Assembly (NCBI GenBank): GCA_963920595.1
Contig: OY986948.1
Span: forward strand, 4,960,001-5,024,000
Direction: 5' to 3'
Origin: Eimeria praecox
Taxonomy: Eukaryota
Length of the DNA: 64,000 nt
The notes beneath the pieces were generated by a model. That model did not search any database and was not told the origin of the DNA. It worked only from the letters and a program-made list of their open reading frames with translations. This document shows positions 36,001 through 49,000 of this stretch, piece by piece. The position numbers were made by a program, and so were the translations under genes. Each line of letters starts with the position of its first letter. The stretch's first letter is position 1.

Positions 36001-37890
36001 TTGCTGTGAGGGCGTGGATATTGGGAGTGTGGTAGTTAGTAGAATGATGTGTATTTGCGTGGACGCTGCTGTGTGTCTAGTGGGTGTCTGGGAGGTGTTG
36101 TGGAGGGGAGAAGGGGCTGTCTAGGGTTTGGAGTTTGGGTATTGTTGGGGATGGGGCAAGGCTGAAAGAAGTCGGCGTTTTGGTTTGAGGCGCCAATCTC
36201 GTTGCGCCTGCGTGTGTGCGGGTTGTTCTAATTCAGGAGCCGGTGCGTGTTTGTCAACACGTGTGTACACGTGTTCCTGTGAGGGCGTGGATATTGGGAG
36301 TGTGGTAGTTAGTAGAATGATGTGTATGTGCGTGGACGCTGCTGTGTGTCTAGTGGGTGTCTGGGAGGTGTTGTGGAGGGGAGAAGGGGCTGTCTAGGGT
36401 TTGGAGTTTGGGTATTGTTGGGGATGGGGCAAGGCAGATGGAAGTCAGCGTTTTGGTTTGAGGCGTCAATTTCGTCGCGCCTGCGTGTGTGGGGGTTGTT
36501 CTAATTCAGGAGCAGGTGCATGTTTGTCAACACGCGTGTAGACGTGTCCCTGTGAAGGGCGTGGATATTGGGAGTGTGGTAGTTAGTAGAATGATGTGTA
36601 TGTGCGTGGACGCTGCTGTGTGTCTAGTGGGTGTCTGGGAGGTGTTGTGGAGGGGAGAAGGGGTTGTGCAGTGTTTGGAGTTTGGGTATTGTTGGGGATG
36701 GGGCAAGGCAGAGGGAAGTCAGCATTTTGGTTTGAGGCGTCAACCTCGTTGCGCCTGCGTGTGTGGAGGTTGTTCTAATTCAGGAGCAGGTGCGTGTTTG
36801 TCAAGACGTGTGTACACGTGTTCGTGTGGGGGCATGGAAAATGGGAGTGTGGTAGTTAGTAGAATGATGTGTATTTGAGTGGAGGCTGCTGTGTGTCTAG
36901 TGGGTGTCTGGGAGGTGTTGTGGAGGGGAGAAGGGGTTGTGCAGCGTTTGGAGTTTGGGTATTGTTGGGGATGGGGCAAGGCTGAGGGAAGTCAGCATTT
37001 TGGTTTGAGGCCTCAGCCGTTCTGCGACTGCGTGTGTGGAGGTTGTTCTAATTCAGGAGCAGGTGCGTGTTTGTCAACACGTGTGTACACGTGTTCGTGT
37101 GGGGGCATGGAAATTGGGCGTGTGGTAGTTAGTAGAATGATGTGTATTTGAGTGGACGCTGTTGTGTGTCTAGTGGGTGTCTGGGAGGTGTTGTGGAGGG
37201 GAGAAGGGGCTGTCTAGGGTTTGGAGTTTGGGTATTGTTGGGGATGGGGCAAGGCTGAGGGAAGTCGGCGTTTTGGTTTGAGGCGCCAATCTCGTTGCGC
37301 CTGCGTGTGTGCGGGTTGTTCTAATTCAGGAGCCGGTGCGTGTTTGTCATGACGTGTGTACACGTGTCTCTGTGAGGGCGTGGATATTGGGAGTGTGGTA
37401 GTTAGTAGAATGATGTGTATTTGAGTGGACGCTGCTGTGTGTCTAGTGGGTGTCTGGGAGGTGTTGTGGAGGGGAGAAGGGGTTGTGCAATGTTTGGAGT
37501 TTGGGTATTGTTGGGGATGGGGCAAGGCAGATGGAAGTCAGCGTTTTGGTTTGAGGCCTCAGTCGTTCTGCGCCTGCGTGTGTGGGGGTTGTTCTAATTC
37601 AGGAGCCGGTGCGTGTTTGTCAACACGTGTGTACACGTGTCTCTGTGAGGGCGTGGATATTGGGAGTGTGGTAGTTAGTAGAATGATGTGTATTTGCGTG
37701 GACGCTGCTGTGTGTCTAGTGGGTGTCTGGGAGGTGTTGTGGAGGGGAGAAGGGGCTGTCTAGGGTTTGGAGTTTGGGTATTGTTGGGGATGGGGCAAGG
37801 CAGAGGGAAGTCAGCGTTTTGGTTTGAGGCCTCAGTCGTTCTGCGCCTGCGTGTGTGGGGGTTGTTCTAATTCAGGAGCCGGTGCGTGTT
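33052..37890 (+). repeat. Second 9-monomer higher-order repeat (2459 bp), ~2 copies
   Basis: ORF pairs at +2459: 33043/35502, 33669/36128, 34030/36489, 34420/36879, 34755/37214. Markers acacgcgtgtagacg and ggaaaatggg. Confidence 0.92.
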
Positions 37891-40800
37891 TGTCAACACG
37901 TGTGTACACGTGTCTCTGTGAGGGCGTGGATATTGGGAGTGTGGTAGTTAGTAGAATGATGTGTATTTGCGTGGACGCTGCTGTGTGTCTAGTGGGTGTC
38001 TGGGAGGTGTTGTGGAGGGGAGAAGGGGTTGTGCAACGTTTGGAGTTTGGGTATTGTAGGGGATGGGGCAAGGCAGAGGGAAGTCAGCATTTTGGTTTGA
38101 GGCGTCAACCTCGTTGCGCCTGCGTGTGTGGAGGTTGTTCTAATTCAGGAGCAGGTGCGTGTTTGTCAACACGTGTGTACACGTGTTCGTGTGGGGGCAT
38201 GGAAATTGGGAGTGTGGTAGTTAGTAGAATGATGTGTATTTGAGTGGAGGCTGCTGTGTGTCTAGTGGGTGTCTGGGAGGTGTTGTGGAGGGGAGAAGGG
38301 GTTGTGCAGCGTTTGGAGTTTGGGTATTGTTGGGGATGGGGCAAGGCTGAGGGAAGTCAGCATTTTGGTTTGAGGCCTCAGCCGTTCTGCGACTGCGTGT
38401 GTGGAGGTTGTTCTAATTCAGGAGCAGGTGCGTGTTTGTCAACACGTGTGTACACGTGTTCGTGTGGGGGCATGGAAATTGGGCGTGTGGTAGTTAGTAG
38501 AATGATGTGTATTTGAGTGGACGCTGTTGTGTGTCTAGTGGGTGTCTGGGAGGTGTTGTGGAGGGGAGAAGGGGCTGTCTAGGGTTTGGAGTTTGGGTAT
38601 TGTTGGGGATGGGGCAAGGCTGAGGGAAGTCGGCGTTTTGGTTTGAGGCGTCAACCATGTTGCGCCTGCGTGTGTGCGGGTTGTTCTAATTCAGGAGCCG
38701 GTGCGTGTTTGTCAAGACGTGTGTACACGTGTCTCTGTGAAGGGCGTGGATATTGGGAGTGTGGTAGTTAGTAGAATGATGTGTATGTGCGTGGACGCTG
38801 CTGTGTGTCTAGTGGGTGTCTGGGAGGTGTTGTGGAGGGGAGAAGGGGTTGTGCAATGTTTGGAGTTTGGGTATTGTTGGGGATGGGGCAAGGCAGATGG
38901 AAGTCAGCGCTTTGGTTTGAGGCCTCAGTCGTTCTGCGCCTGCGTGTGTGGGGGTTGTTCTAATTCAGGAGCCGGTGCGTGTTTGTCAACACGTGTGTAC
39001 ACGTGTCTCTGTGAGGGCGTGGATATTGGGAGTGTGGTAGTTAGTAGAATGATGTGTATTTGCGTGGACGCTGCTGTGTGTCTAGTGGGTGTCTGGGAGG
39101 TGTTGTGGAGGGGAGAAGGGGTTGTGCAACGTTTGGAGTTTGGGTATTGTTGGGGATGGGGCAAGGCAGAGGGAAGTCAGCGTTTTGGTTTGAGGCGTCA
39201 ATTTCGTCGCGCCTGCGTGTGTGGGGGTTGTTCTAATTCAGGAGCAGGTGCATGTTTGTCAACACGTGTGTACACGTGTCCCTGTGAAGCGCGTGGATAT
39301 TGGGAGTGTGGTAGTTAGTAGAATGATGTGTATGTGCGTGGACGCTGCTGTGTGTCTAGTGGGTGTCTGGGAGGTGTTGTGGAGGGGAGAAGGGGTTGTG
39401 CAGTGTTTGGAGTTTGGGTATTGTTGGGGATGGGGCAAGGCAGAGGGAAGTCAGCATTTTGGTTTGAGGCGTCAACCTCGTTGCGCCTGCGTGTGTGGAG
39501 GCTGTTCTAATTCAGGAGCAAGTGCGTGTTTGTCAACACGTGTGTACACGTGTTCGTGTGGGGGCATGGAAGATGGGAGTGTGGTAGTTAGTAGAATGAT
39601 GTGTATTTGAGTGGACGCTGCTGTGTGTCTAGTGGGTGTCTGGGAGGTGTTGTGGAGGGGAGAAGGGGCTGTCTAGGGTTTGGAGTTTGGGTATTGTTGG
39701 GGATGGGGCAAGGCTGAGGGAATTCAGCGTTTTGGTTTGAGGCGTCAACCATGTTGCGCCTGCGTGTGTGCGGGTTGTTCTAATTCAGGAGCCGGTGCGT
39801 GTTTGTCAAGACGTGTGTACACGTGTCTCTGTGAAGGGCGTGGATATTGGGAGTGTGGTAGTTAGTAGAATGATGTGTATGTGCGTGGACGCTGCTGTGT
39901 GTCTAGTGGGTGTCTGGGAGGTGTTGTGGAGGGGAGAAGGGGTTGTGCAGTGTTTGGAGTTTGGGTATTGTTGGGGATGGGGCAAGGCAGATGGAAGTCA
40001 GCGTTTTGGTTTGAGGCCTCAGTCGTTCTGCGCCTGCGTGTGTGGGGGTTGTTCTAATTCAGGAGCCGTTGCGTGTTTGTCAACACGTGTGTACACGTGT
40101 TGCTGTGAGGGCGTGGATATTGGGAGTGTGGTAGTTAGTAGAATGATGTGTATTTGCGTGGACGCTGCTGTGTGTCTAGTGGGTGTCTGGGAGGTGTTGT
40201 GGAGGGGAGAAGGGGCTGTCTAGGGTTTGGAGTTTGGGTATTGTTGGGGATGGGGCAAGGCTGAAAGAAGTCGGCGTTTTGGTTTGAGGCGCCAATCTCG
40301 TTGCGCCTGCGTGTGTGCGGGTTGTTCTAATTCAGGAGCCGGTGCGTGTTTGTCAACACGTGTGTACACGTGTTCCTGTGAGGGCGTGGATATTGGGAGT
40401 GTGGTAGTTAGTAGAATGATGTGTATTTGCGTGGACGCTGCTGTGTGTCTAGTGGGTGTCTGGGAGGTGTTGTGGAGGGGAGAAGGGGCTGTCTAGGGTT
40501 TGGAGTTTGGGTATTGTTGGGGATGGGGCAAGGCAGATGGAAGTCAGCGTTTTGGTTTGAGGCGTCAATTTCGTCGCGCCTGCGTGTGTGGGGGTTGTTC
40601 TAATTCAGGAGCAGGTGCATGTTTGTCAACACGCGTGTAGACGTGTCCCTGTGAAGGGCGTGGATATTGGGAGTGTGGTAGTTAGTAGAATGATGTGTAT
40701 GTGCGTGGACGCTGCTGTGTGTCTAGTGGGTGTCTGGGAGGTGTTGTGGAGGGGAGAAGGGGTTGTGCAGTGTTTGGAGTTTGGGTATTGTTGGGGATGG

Positions 40801-43059
40801 GGCAAGGCAGAGGGAAGTCAGCATTTTGGTTTGAGGCGTCAACCTCGTTGCGCCTGCGTGTGTGGAGGTTGTTCTAATTCAGGAGCAGGTGCGTGTTTGT
40901 CAAGACGTGTGTACACGTGTTCGTGTGGGGGCATGGATATTGGGAGTGTGGTAGTTAGTAGAATGATGTGTATTTGAGTGGAGGCTGCTGTGTGTCTAGT
41001 GGGTGTCTGGGAGGTGTTGTGGAGGGGAGAAGGGGTTGTGCAGCGTTTGGAGTTTGGGTATTGTTGGGGATGGGGCAAGGCTGAGGGAAGTCAGCATTTT
41101 GGTTTGAGGCCTCAGCCGTTCTGCGACTGCGTGTGTGGAGGTTGTTCTAATTCAGGAGCAGGTGCGTGTTTGTCAACACGTGTGTACACGTGTTCGTGTG
41201 GGGGCATGGAAATTGGGCGTGTGGTAGTTAGTAGAATGATGTGTATTTGAGTGGACGCTGCTGTGTGTCTAGTGGGTGTCTGGGAGGTGTTGTGGAGGGG
41301 AGAAGGGGCTGTCTAGGGTTTGGAGTTTGGGTATTGTTGGGGATGGGGCAAGGCTGAGGGAAGTCGGCGTTTTGGTTTGAGGCGTCAACCATGTTGCGCC
41401 TGCGTGTGTGCGGGTTGTTCTAATTCAGGAGCCGGTGCGTGTTTGTCATGACGTGTGTACACGTGTCTCTGTGAGGGCGTGGATATTGGGAGTGTGGTAG
41501 TTAGTAGAATGATGTGTATTTGAGTGGACGCTGCTGTGTGTCTAGTGGGTGTCTGGGAGGTGTTGTGGAGGGGAGAAGGGGTTGTGCAGCGTTTGGAGTT
41601 TGGGTATTGTTGGGGATGGGGCAAGGCAGATGGAAGTCAGCGTTTTGGTTTGAGGCCTCAGTCGTTCTGCGCCTGCGTGTGTGGGGGTTGTTCTAATTCA
41701 GGAGCCGGTGCGTGTTTGTCAACACGTGTGTACACGTGTCTCTGTGAGGGCGTGGATATTGGGAGTGTGGTAGTTAGTAGAATGATGTGTATTTGCGTGG
41801 ACGCTGCTGTGTGTCTAGTGGGTGTCTGGGAGGTGTTGTGGAGGGGAGAAGGGGTTGTGCAACGTTTGGAGTTTGGGTATTGTTGGGGATGGGGCAAGGC
41901 AGAGGGAAGTCAGCGTTTTGGTTTGAGGCCTCAGTCGTTCTGCGCCTGCGTGTGTGGGGGTTGTTCTAATTCAGGAGCCGGTGCGTGTTTGTCAACACGT
42001 GTGTACACGTGTCTCTGTGAGGGCGTGGATATTGGGAGTGTGGTAGTTAGTAGAATGATGTGTATTTGCGTGGACGCTGCTGTGTGTCTAGTGGGTGTCT
42101 GGGAGGTGTTGTGGAGGGGAGAAGGGGTTGTGCAACGTTTGGAGTTTGGGTATTGTAGGGGATGGGGCAAGGCAGAGGGAAGTCAGCATTTTGGTTTGAG
42201 GCGTCAACCTCGTTGCGCCTGCGTGTGTGGAGGTTGTTCTAATTCAGGAGCAGGTGCGTGTTTGTCAACACGTGTGTACACGTGTTCGTGTGGGGGCATG
42301 GAAATTGGGAGTGTGGTAGTTAGTAGAATGATGTGTATTTGAGTGGAGGCTGCTGTGTGTCTAGTGGGTGTCTGGGAGGTGTTGTGGAGGGGAGAAGGGG
42401 TTGTGCAGCGTTTGGAGTTTGGGTATTGTTGGGGATGGGGCAAGGCTGAGGGAAGTCAGCATTTTGGTTTGAGGCGTCAGCCGTTCTGCGACTGCGTGTG
42501 TGGAGGTTGTTCTAATTCAGGAGCAGGTGCGTGTTTGTCAACACGTGTGTACACGTGTTCGTGTGGGGGCATGGAAATTGGGAGTGTGGTAGTTAGTAGA
42601 ATGATGTGTATTTGAGTGGACGCTGCTGTGTGTCTAGTGGGTGTCTGGGAGGTGTTGTGGAGGGGAGAAGGGGCTGTCTAGGGTTTGGAGTTTGGGTATT
42701 GTTGGGGATGGGGCAAGGCTGAGGGAAGTCGGCGTTTTGGTTTGAGGCGTCAACCATGTTGCGCCTGCGTGTGTGCGGGTTGTTCTAATTCAGGAGCCGG
42801 TGCGTGTTTGTCAACACGTGTGTACACGTGTCTCTGTGAAGGGCGTGGATATTGGGAGTGTGGTAGTTAGTAGAATGATGTGTATTTGAGTGGACGCTGC
42901 TGTGTGTCTAGTGGGTGTCTGGGAGGTGTTGTGGAGGGGAGAAGGGGCTGTCTAGGGTTTGGAGTTTGGGTATTGTTGGGGATGGGGCAAGGCAGAGGGA
43001 AGTCGGCGTTTTGGTTTGAGGCGTCAATCGCTCTGCGCCTTCGTGTGTGCGGGTTGTTC

Positions 43060-46000
43060 TAATTCAGGAGCCGGTGCGTGTTTGTCAACACGTGTGTACA
43101 CGTGTCTCTGTGAAGGGCGTGGATATTGGGAGTGTGGTAGTTAGTAGAATGATGTGTATGTGCGTGGACGCTGCTGTGTGTCTAGTGGGTGTCTGGGAGG
43201 TGTTGTGGAGGGGAGAAGGGGTTGTGCAGTGTTTGGAGTTTGGGTATTGTTGGGGATGGGGCAAGGCAGATGGAAGTCAGCGTTTTGGTTTGAGGCCTCA
43301 GTCGTTCTGCGCCTGCGTGTGTGGGGGTTGTTCTAATTCAGGAGCCGGTGCGTGTTTGTCAACACGTGTGTACACGTGTTCCTGCGAGGGCGTGGATATT
43401 GGGCGTGTGGTAGTTAGTAGAATGATGTGTATTTGAGTGGACGCTGTTGTGTGTCTAGTGGGTGTCTGGGAGGTGTTGTGGAGGGGAGAAGGGGCTGTCT
43501 AGGGTTTGGAGTTTGGGTATTGTAGGGGATGGGGCAAGGCAGAGGGAAGTCAGCATTTTGGTTTGAGGCGTCAACCTCGTTGCGCCTGCGTGTGTGGAGG
43601 TTGTTCTAATTCAGGAGCAGGTGCGTGTTTGTCAAGACGTGTGTACACGTGTTCGTGTGGGGGCATGGAAATTGGGAGTGTGGTAGTTAGTAGAATGATG
43701 TGTATTTGAGTGGAGGCTGCTGTGTGTCTAGTGGGTGTCTGGGAGGTGTTGAGGAGGGGAGAAGGGGTTGTGCAGTGTTTGGAGTTTGGGTATTGTTGGG
43801 GATGGGGCAAGGCAGAAGGGAGTCAGCGTTTTGGTTTGAGGCGTCAATCGTTCTTCGCCTGCGTGTGTGGAGGTTGTTCTAATTCAGGAGCCGGTGCGTG
43901 TTTGTCAACACGTGTGTACACGTGTTGCTGTGAGGGCGTGGATATTGGGAGTGTGGTAGCTAGTAGAATGATGTGTATGTGAGTGGACGCTGCTGTGTGT
44001 CTAGTGGGTGTCTGGGAGGTGTTGTGGAGGGGAGAAGGGGTTGTGCAGTGTTTGGAGTTTGGGTATTGTTGGGGATGGGGCAAGGCAGAGGGAAGTCGGC
44101 GTTTTGGTTTGAGGCGTCAACCTCGTTGCGCCTGCGTGTGTGCGGGTTGTTCTAATTCAGGAGCAGGTGCGTGTTTGTCAACACGTGTGTACACGTGTCT
44201 CTGTGAAGGGCGTGGATATTGGGAGTGTGGTAGTTAGTAGAATGATGTGTATGTGCGTGGACGCTGCTGTGTGTCTAGTGGGTGTCTGGGAGGTGTTGTG
44301 GAGGGGAGAAGGGGTTGTGCAGTGTTTGGAGTTTGGGTATTGTTGGGGATGGGGCAAGGCAGATGGAAGTCAGCGTTTTGGTTTGAGGCCTCAGTCGTTC
44401 TGCGCCTGCGTGTGTGGGGGTTGTTCTAATTCAGGAGCCGGTGCGTGTTTGTCAACACGTGTGTACACGTGTTCCTGTGAGGGCGTGGATATTGGGAGTG
44501 TGGTAGTTAGTAGAATGATGTGTATTTGCGTGGACGCTGCTGTGTGTCTAGTGGGTGTCTGGGAGGTGTTGTGGAGGGGAGAAGGGGCTGTCTAGGGTTT
44601 GGAGTTTGGGTATTGTTGGGGATGGGGCAAGGCTGAAAGAAGTCGGCTTTTTGGTTTGAGGCGTCAACCATCTTGCGCCTGCGTGTGTGCGGGTTGTTCT
44701 AATTCAGGAGCCGGTGCGTGTTTGTCAACACGTGTGTACACGTGTCTCTGTCAGGGCGTGGATATTGGGAGTGTGGTAGTTAGTAGAATGATGTGTATTT
44801 GAGTGGAGGCTGCTGTGTGTCTAGTGGGTGTCTGGGAGGTGTTGTGGAGGGGAGAAGGGGTTGTCTAGCGTTTGGAGTTTGGGTATTGTTGGGGATGGGG
44901 CAAGGCAGAGGGAATTCAGCGTTTTGGTTTGAGGCGTCAATTTCGTCGCGCCTGCTTGTGTGGAGGTTGTTCTAATTCAGGAGCCGGTGCGTGTCTGTCA
45001 ACGCGTGTGTACACGTGTTGCTGTGAGGCCGTGGAGATTGGGAGTGTGGTAGTTAGTAGAATGATGTGTATGTGCGTGGACGCTGCTGTGTGTCTAGTGG
45101 GTGTCTGGGAGGTGTTGTGGAGGGGAGAAGGGGTTGTGCAGCGTTTGGAGTTTGGGTATTGTTGGGGATGGGGCAAGGCAGATGGAAGTCAGCGTTTTGG
45201 TTTGAGGCGTCAATTTCGTCGCGCCTGCGTGCGTGCGGGTTGTTCTGATTCAGGAGCCGGTGCGTGTTTGTCAACACGTGTGTACACGTGTTCCTGCGAG
45301 GGCGTGGATGTTGGGAGTGTGGTAGTTAGTAGAATGATGTGTATTTGAGTGGACGCTGCTGTGTGTCTAGTGGGTGTCTGGGAGGTGTTGTGGAGGGGAG
45401 AAGGGGTTGTGCAGTGTTTGGAGTTTGGGTATTGTTGGGGACAGGGCAAGGCAGATGGAAGTCAGCGTTTTGGTTTGAGGCCTCAGTCGTCCTGCGCCTG
45501 CGCGTGTGGGGGTTGTTCTAATTCAGGAGCCGGTGCGTGTTTGTCAACACGTGTGTACACGTGTCTCTGTGAGGGCGTGGATATTGGGAGTGTGGTAGTT
45601 AGTAGAATGATGTGTATTTGAGTGGACGCTGCTGTGTGTCTAGTGGGTGTCTGGGAGGTGTTGTGGAGGGGAGAAGGGGCTGTCTAGGGTTTGGAGTTTG
45701 GGTATTGTTGGGGATGGGGCAAGGCTGAAAGAAGTCGGCGTTTTGGTTTGAGGCGCCAATCTCGTTGCGCCTGCGTGTGTGCGGGTTGTTCTAATTCAGG
45801 AGCCGGTGCGTGTTTGTCAACACGTGTGTACACGTGTTCCTGTGAGGGCGTGGATATTGGGAGTGTGGTAGTTAGTAGAATGATGTGTATTTGCGTGGAC
45901 GCTGCTGTGTGTCTAGTGGGTGTCTGGGAGGTGTTGTGGAGGGGAGAAGGGGTTGTGCAGCGTTTGGAGTTTGGGTATTGTTGGGGATGGGGCAAGGCAG

Positions 46001-49000
46001 AAGGAAGTCAGCGTTTTGGTTTGAGGCGTCAATTTCGTCGCGCCTGCGTGCGTGAGGGTTGTTCTGATTCAGGAGCCGGTGCGTGTTTGTCAACACGTGT
46101 GTACACGTGTTCCTGCGAGGGCGTGGATGTTGGGAGTGTGGTAGTTAGTAGAATGATGTGTATTTGAGTGGAGGCTGCTGTGTGTCTAGTGGGTGTCTGG
46201 GAGGTGTTGTGGAGGGGAGAAGGGGCTGTCTAGGGTTTGGAGTTTGGGTATTGTTGGGGATGGGGCAAGGCTGAAAGAAGTCGGCGTTTTGGTTTGAGGC
46301 GCCAATCTCGTTGCGCCTGCGTGTGTGCGGGTTGTTCTAATTCAGGAGCCGGTGCGTGTTTGTCAACACGTGTGTACACGTGTTCCTGTGAGGGCGTGGA
46401 TATTGGGAGTGTGGTAGTTAGTAGAATGATGTGTATTTGCGTGGACGCTGCTGTGTGTCTAGTGGGTGTCTGGGAGGTGTTGTGGAGGGGAGAAGGGGCT
46501 GTCTAGGGTTTGGAGTTTGGGTATTGTTGGGGATGGGGCAAGGCAGAGGGAAGTCAGCGTTTTGGTTTGAGGCGTCAATTTTGTCGCGCCTGCGTGCGTG
46601 CGGGTTGTTCTGATTCAGGAGCCGGTGCGTGTTTGTCAACACGTGTGTACACGTGTCTCTGTGAAGGGCGTGGATATTGGGAGTGTGGTAGTTAGTAGAA
46701 TGATGTGTATGTGCGTGGACGCTGCTGTGTGTCTAGTGGGTGTCTGGGAGGTGTTGTGGAGGGGAGAAGGGGTTGTGCAGTGTTTGGAGTTTGGGTATTG
46801 TTGGGGATGGGGCAAGGCAGATGGAAGTCAGCGTTTTGGTTTGAGGCCTCAGTCGTTCTGCGCCTGCGTGTGTGGGGGTTGTTCTAATTCAGGAGCCGGT
46901 GCGTGTTTGTCAACACGTGTGTACACGTGTTCCTGCGAGGGCGTGGATATTGGGCGTGTGGTAGTTAGTAGAATGATGTGTATTTGAGTGGACGCTGCTG
47001 TGTGTCTAGTGGGTGTCTGGGAGGTGTTGTGGAGGGGAGAAGGGGCTGTCTAGGGTTTGGAGTTTGGGTATTGTAGGGGATGGGGCAAGGCAGAGGGAAG
47101 TCAGCATTTTGGTTTGAGGCGTCAACCTCGTTGCGCCTGCGTGTGTGGAGGTTGTTCTAATTCAGGAGCAGGTGCGTGTTTGTCAAGACGTGTGTACACG
47201 TGTTCGTGTGGGGGCATGGAAATTGGGAGTGTGGTAGTTAGTAGAATGATGTGTATTTGAGTGGAGGCTGCTGTGTGTCTAGTGGGTGTCTGGGAGGTGT
47301 TGAGGAGGGGAGAAGGGGTTGTGCAGTGTTTGGAGTTTGGGTATTGTTGGGGATGGGGCAAGGCAGAAGGGAGTCAGCGTTTTGGTTTGAGGCGTCAATC
47401 GTTCTTCGCCTGCGTGTGTGGAGGTTGTTCTAATTCAGGAGCCGGTGCGTGTTTGTCAACACGTGTGTACACGTGTTGCTGTGAGGGCGTGGATATTGGG
47501 AGTGTGGTAGCTAGTAGAATGATGTGTATGTGAGTGGACGCTGCTGTGTGTCTAGTGGGTGTCTGGGAGGTGTTGTGGAGGGGAGAAGGGGTTGTGCAGT
47601 GTTTGGAGTTTGGGTATTGTTGGGGATGGGGCAAGGCAGAGGGAAGTCGGCGTTTTGGTTTGAGGCGTCAACCTCGTTGCGCCTGCGTGTGTGCGGGTTG
47701 TTCTAATTCAGGAGCAGGTGCGTGTTTGTCAACACGTGTGTACACGTGTCTCTGTGAAGGGCGTGGATATTGGGAGTGTGGTAGTTAGTAGAATGATGTG
47801 TATGTGCGTGGACGCTGCTGTGTGTCTAGTGGGTGTCTGGGAGGTGTTGTGGAGGGGAGAAGGGGTTGTGCAGTGTTTGGAGTTTGGGTATTGTTGGGGA
47901 TGGGGCAAGGCAGATGGAAGTCAGCGTTTTGGTTTGAGGCCTCAGTCGTTCTGCGCCTGCGTGTGTGGGGGTTGTTCTAATTCAGGAGCCGGTGCGTGTT
48001 TGTCAACACGTGTGTACACGTGTTCCTGTGAGGGCGTGGATATTGGGAGTGTGGTAGTTAGTAGAATGATGTGTATTTGCGTGGACGCTGCTGTGTGTCT
48101 AGTGGGTGTCTGGGAGGTGTTGTGGAGGGGAGAAGGGGCTGTCTAGGGTTTGGAGTTTGGGTATTGTTGGGGATGGGGCAAGGCTGAAAGAAGTCGGCTT
48201 TTTGGTTTGAGGCGTCAACCATCTTGCGCCTGCGTGTGTGCGGGTTGTTCTAATTCAGGAGCCGGTGCGTGTTTGTCAACACGTGTGTACACGTGTCTCT
48301 GTCAGGGCGTGGATATTGGGAGTGTGGTAGTTAGTAGAATGATGTGTATTTGAGTGGAGGCTGCTGTGTGTCTAGTGGGTGTCTGGGAGGTGTTGTGGAG
48401 GGGAGAAGGGGTTGTCTAGCGTTTGGAGTTTGGGTATTGTTGGGGATGGGGCAAGGCAGAGGGAATTCAGCGTTTTGGTTTGAGGCGTCAATTTCGTCGC
48501 GCCTGCTTGTGTGGAGGTTGTTCTAATTCAGGAGCCGGTGCGTGTCTGTCAACGCGTGTGTACACGTGTTGCTGTGAGGCCGTGGAGATTGGGAGTGTGG
48601 TAGTTAGTAGAATGATGTGTATGTGCGTGGACGCTGCTGTGTGTCTAGTGGGTGTCTGGGAGGTGTTGTGGAGGGGAGAAGGGGTTGTGCAGCGTTTGGA
48701 GTTTGGGTATTGTTGGGGATGGGGCAAGGCAGATGGAAGTCAGCGTTTTGGTTTGAGGCGTCAATTTCGTCGCGCCTGCGTGCGTGCGGGTTGTTCTGAT
48801 TCAGGAGCCGGTGCGTGTTTGTCAACACGTGTGTACACGTGTTCCTGCGAGGGCGTGGATGTTGGGAGTGTGGTAGTTAGTAGAATGATGTGTATTTGAG
48901 TGGACGCTGCTGTGTGTCTAGTGGGTGTCTGGGAGGTGTTGTGGAGGGGAGAAGGGGTTGTGCAGTGTTTGGAGTTTGGGTATTGTTGGGGACAGGGCAA

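Noticed and set aside
41524..42342. Longest + strand ORF (272 aa, Cys/Gly/Val-rich) and the many similar ORFs, as a repetitive protein gene
   Set aside because: It is simply three monomers that lack the polymorphic stops (tttga/tttgc, gtctag/gtgcag). The 273-bp unit is divisible by 3, but about 52 frameshifting monomers and frequent stops show no frame conservation. The composition reflects G/T richness.
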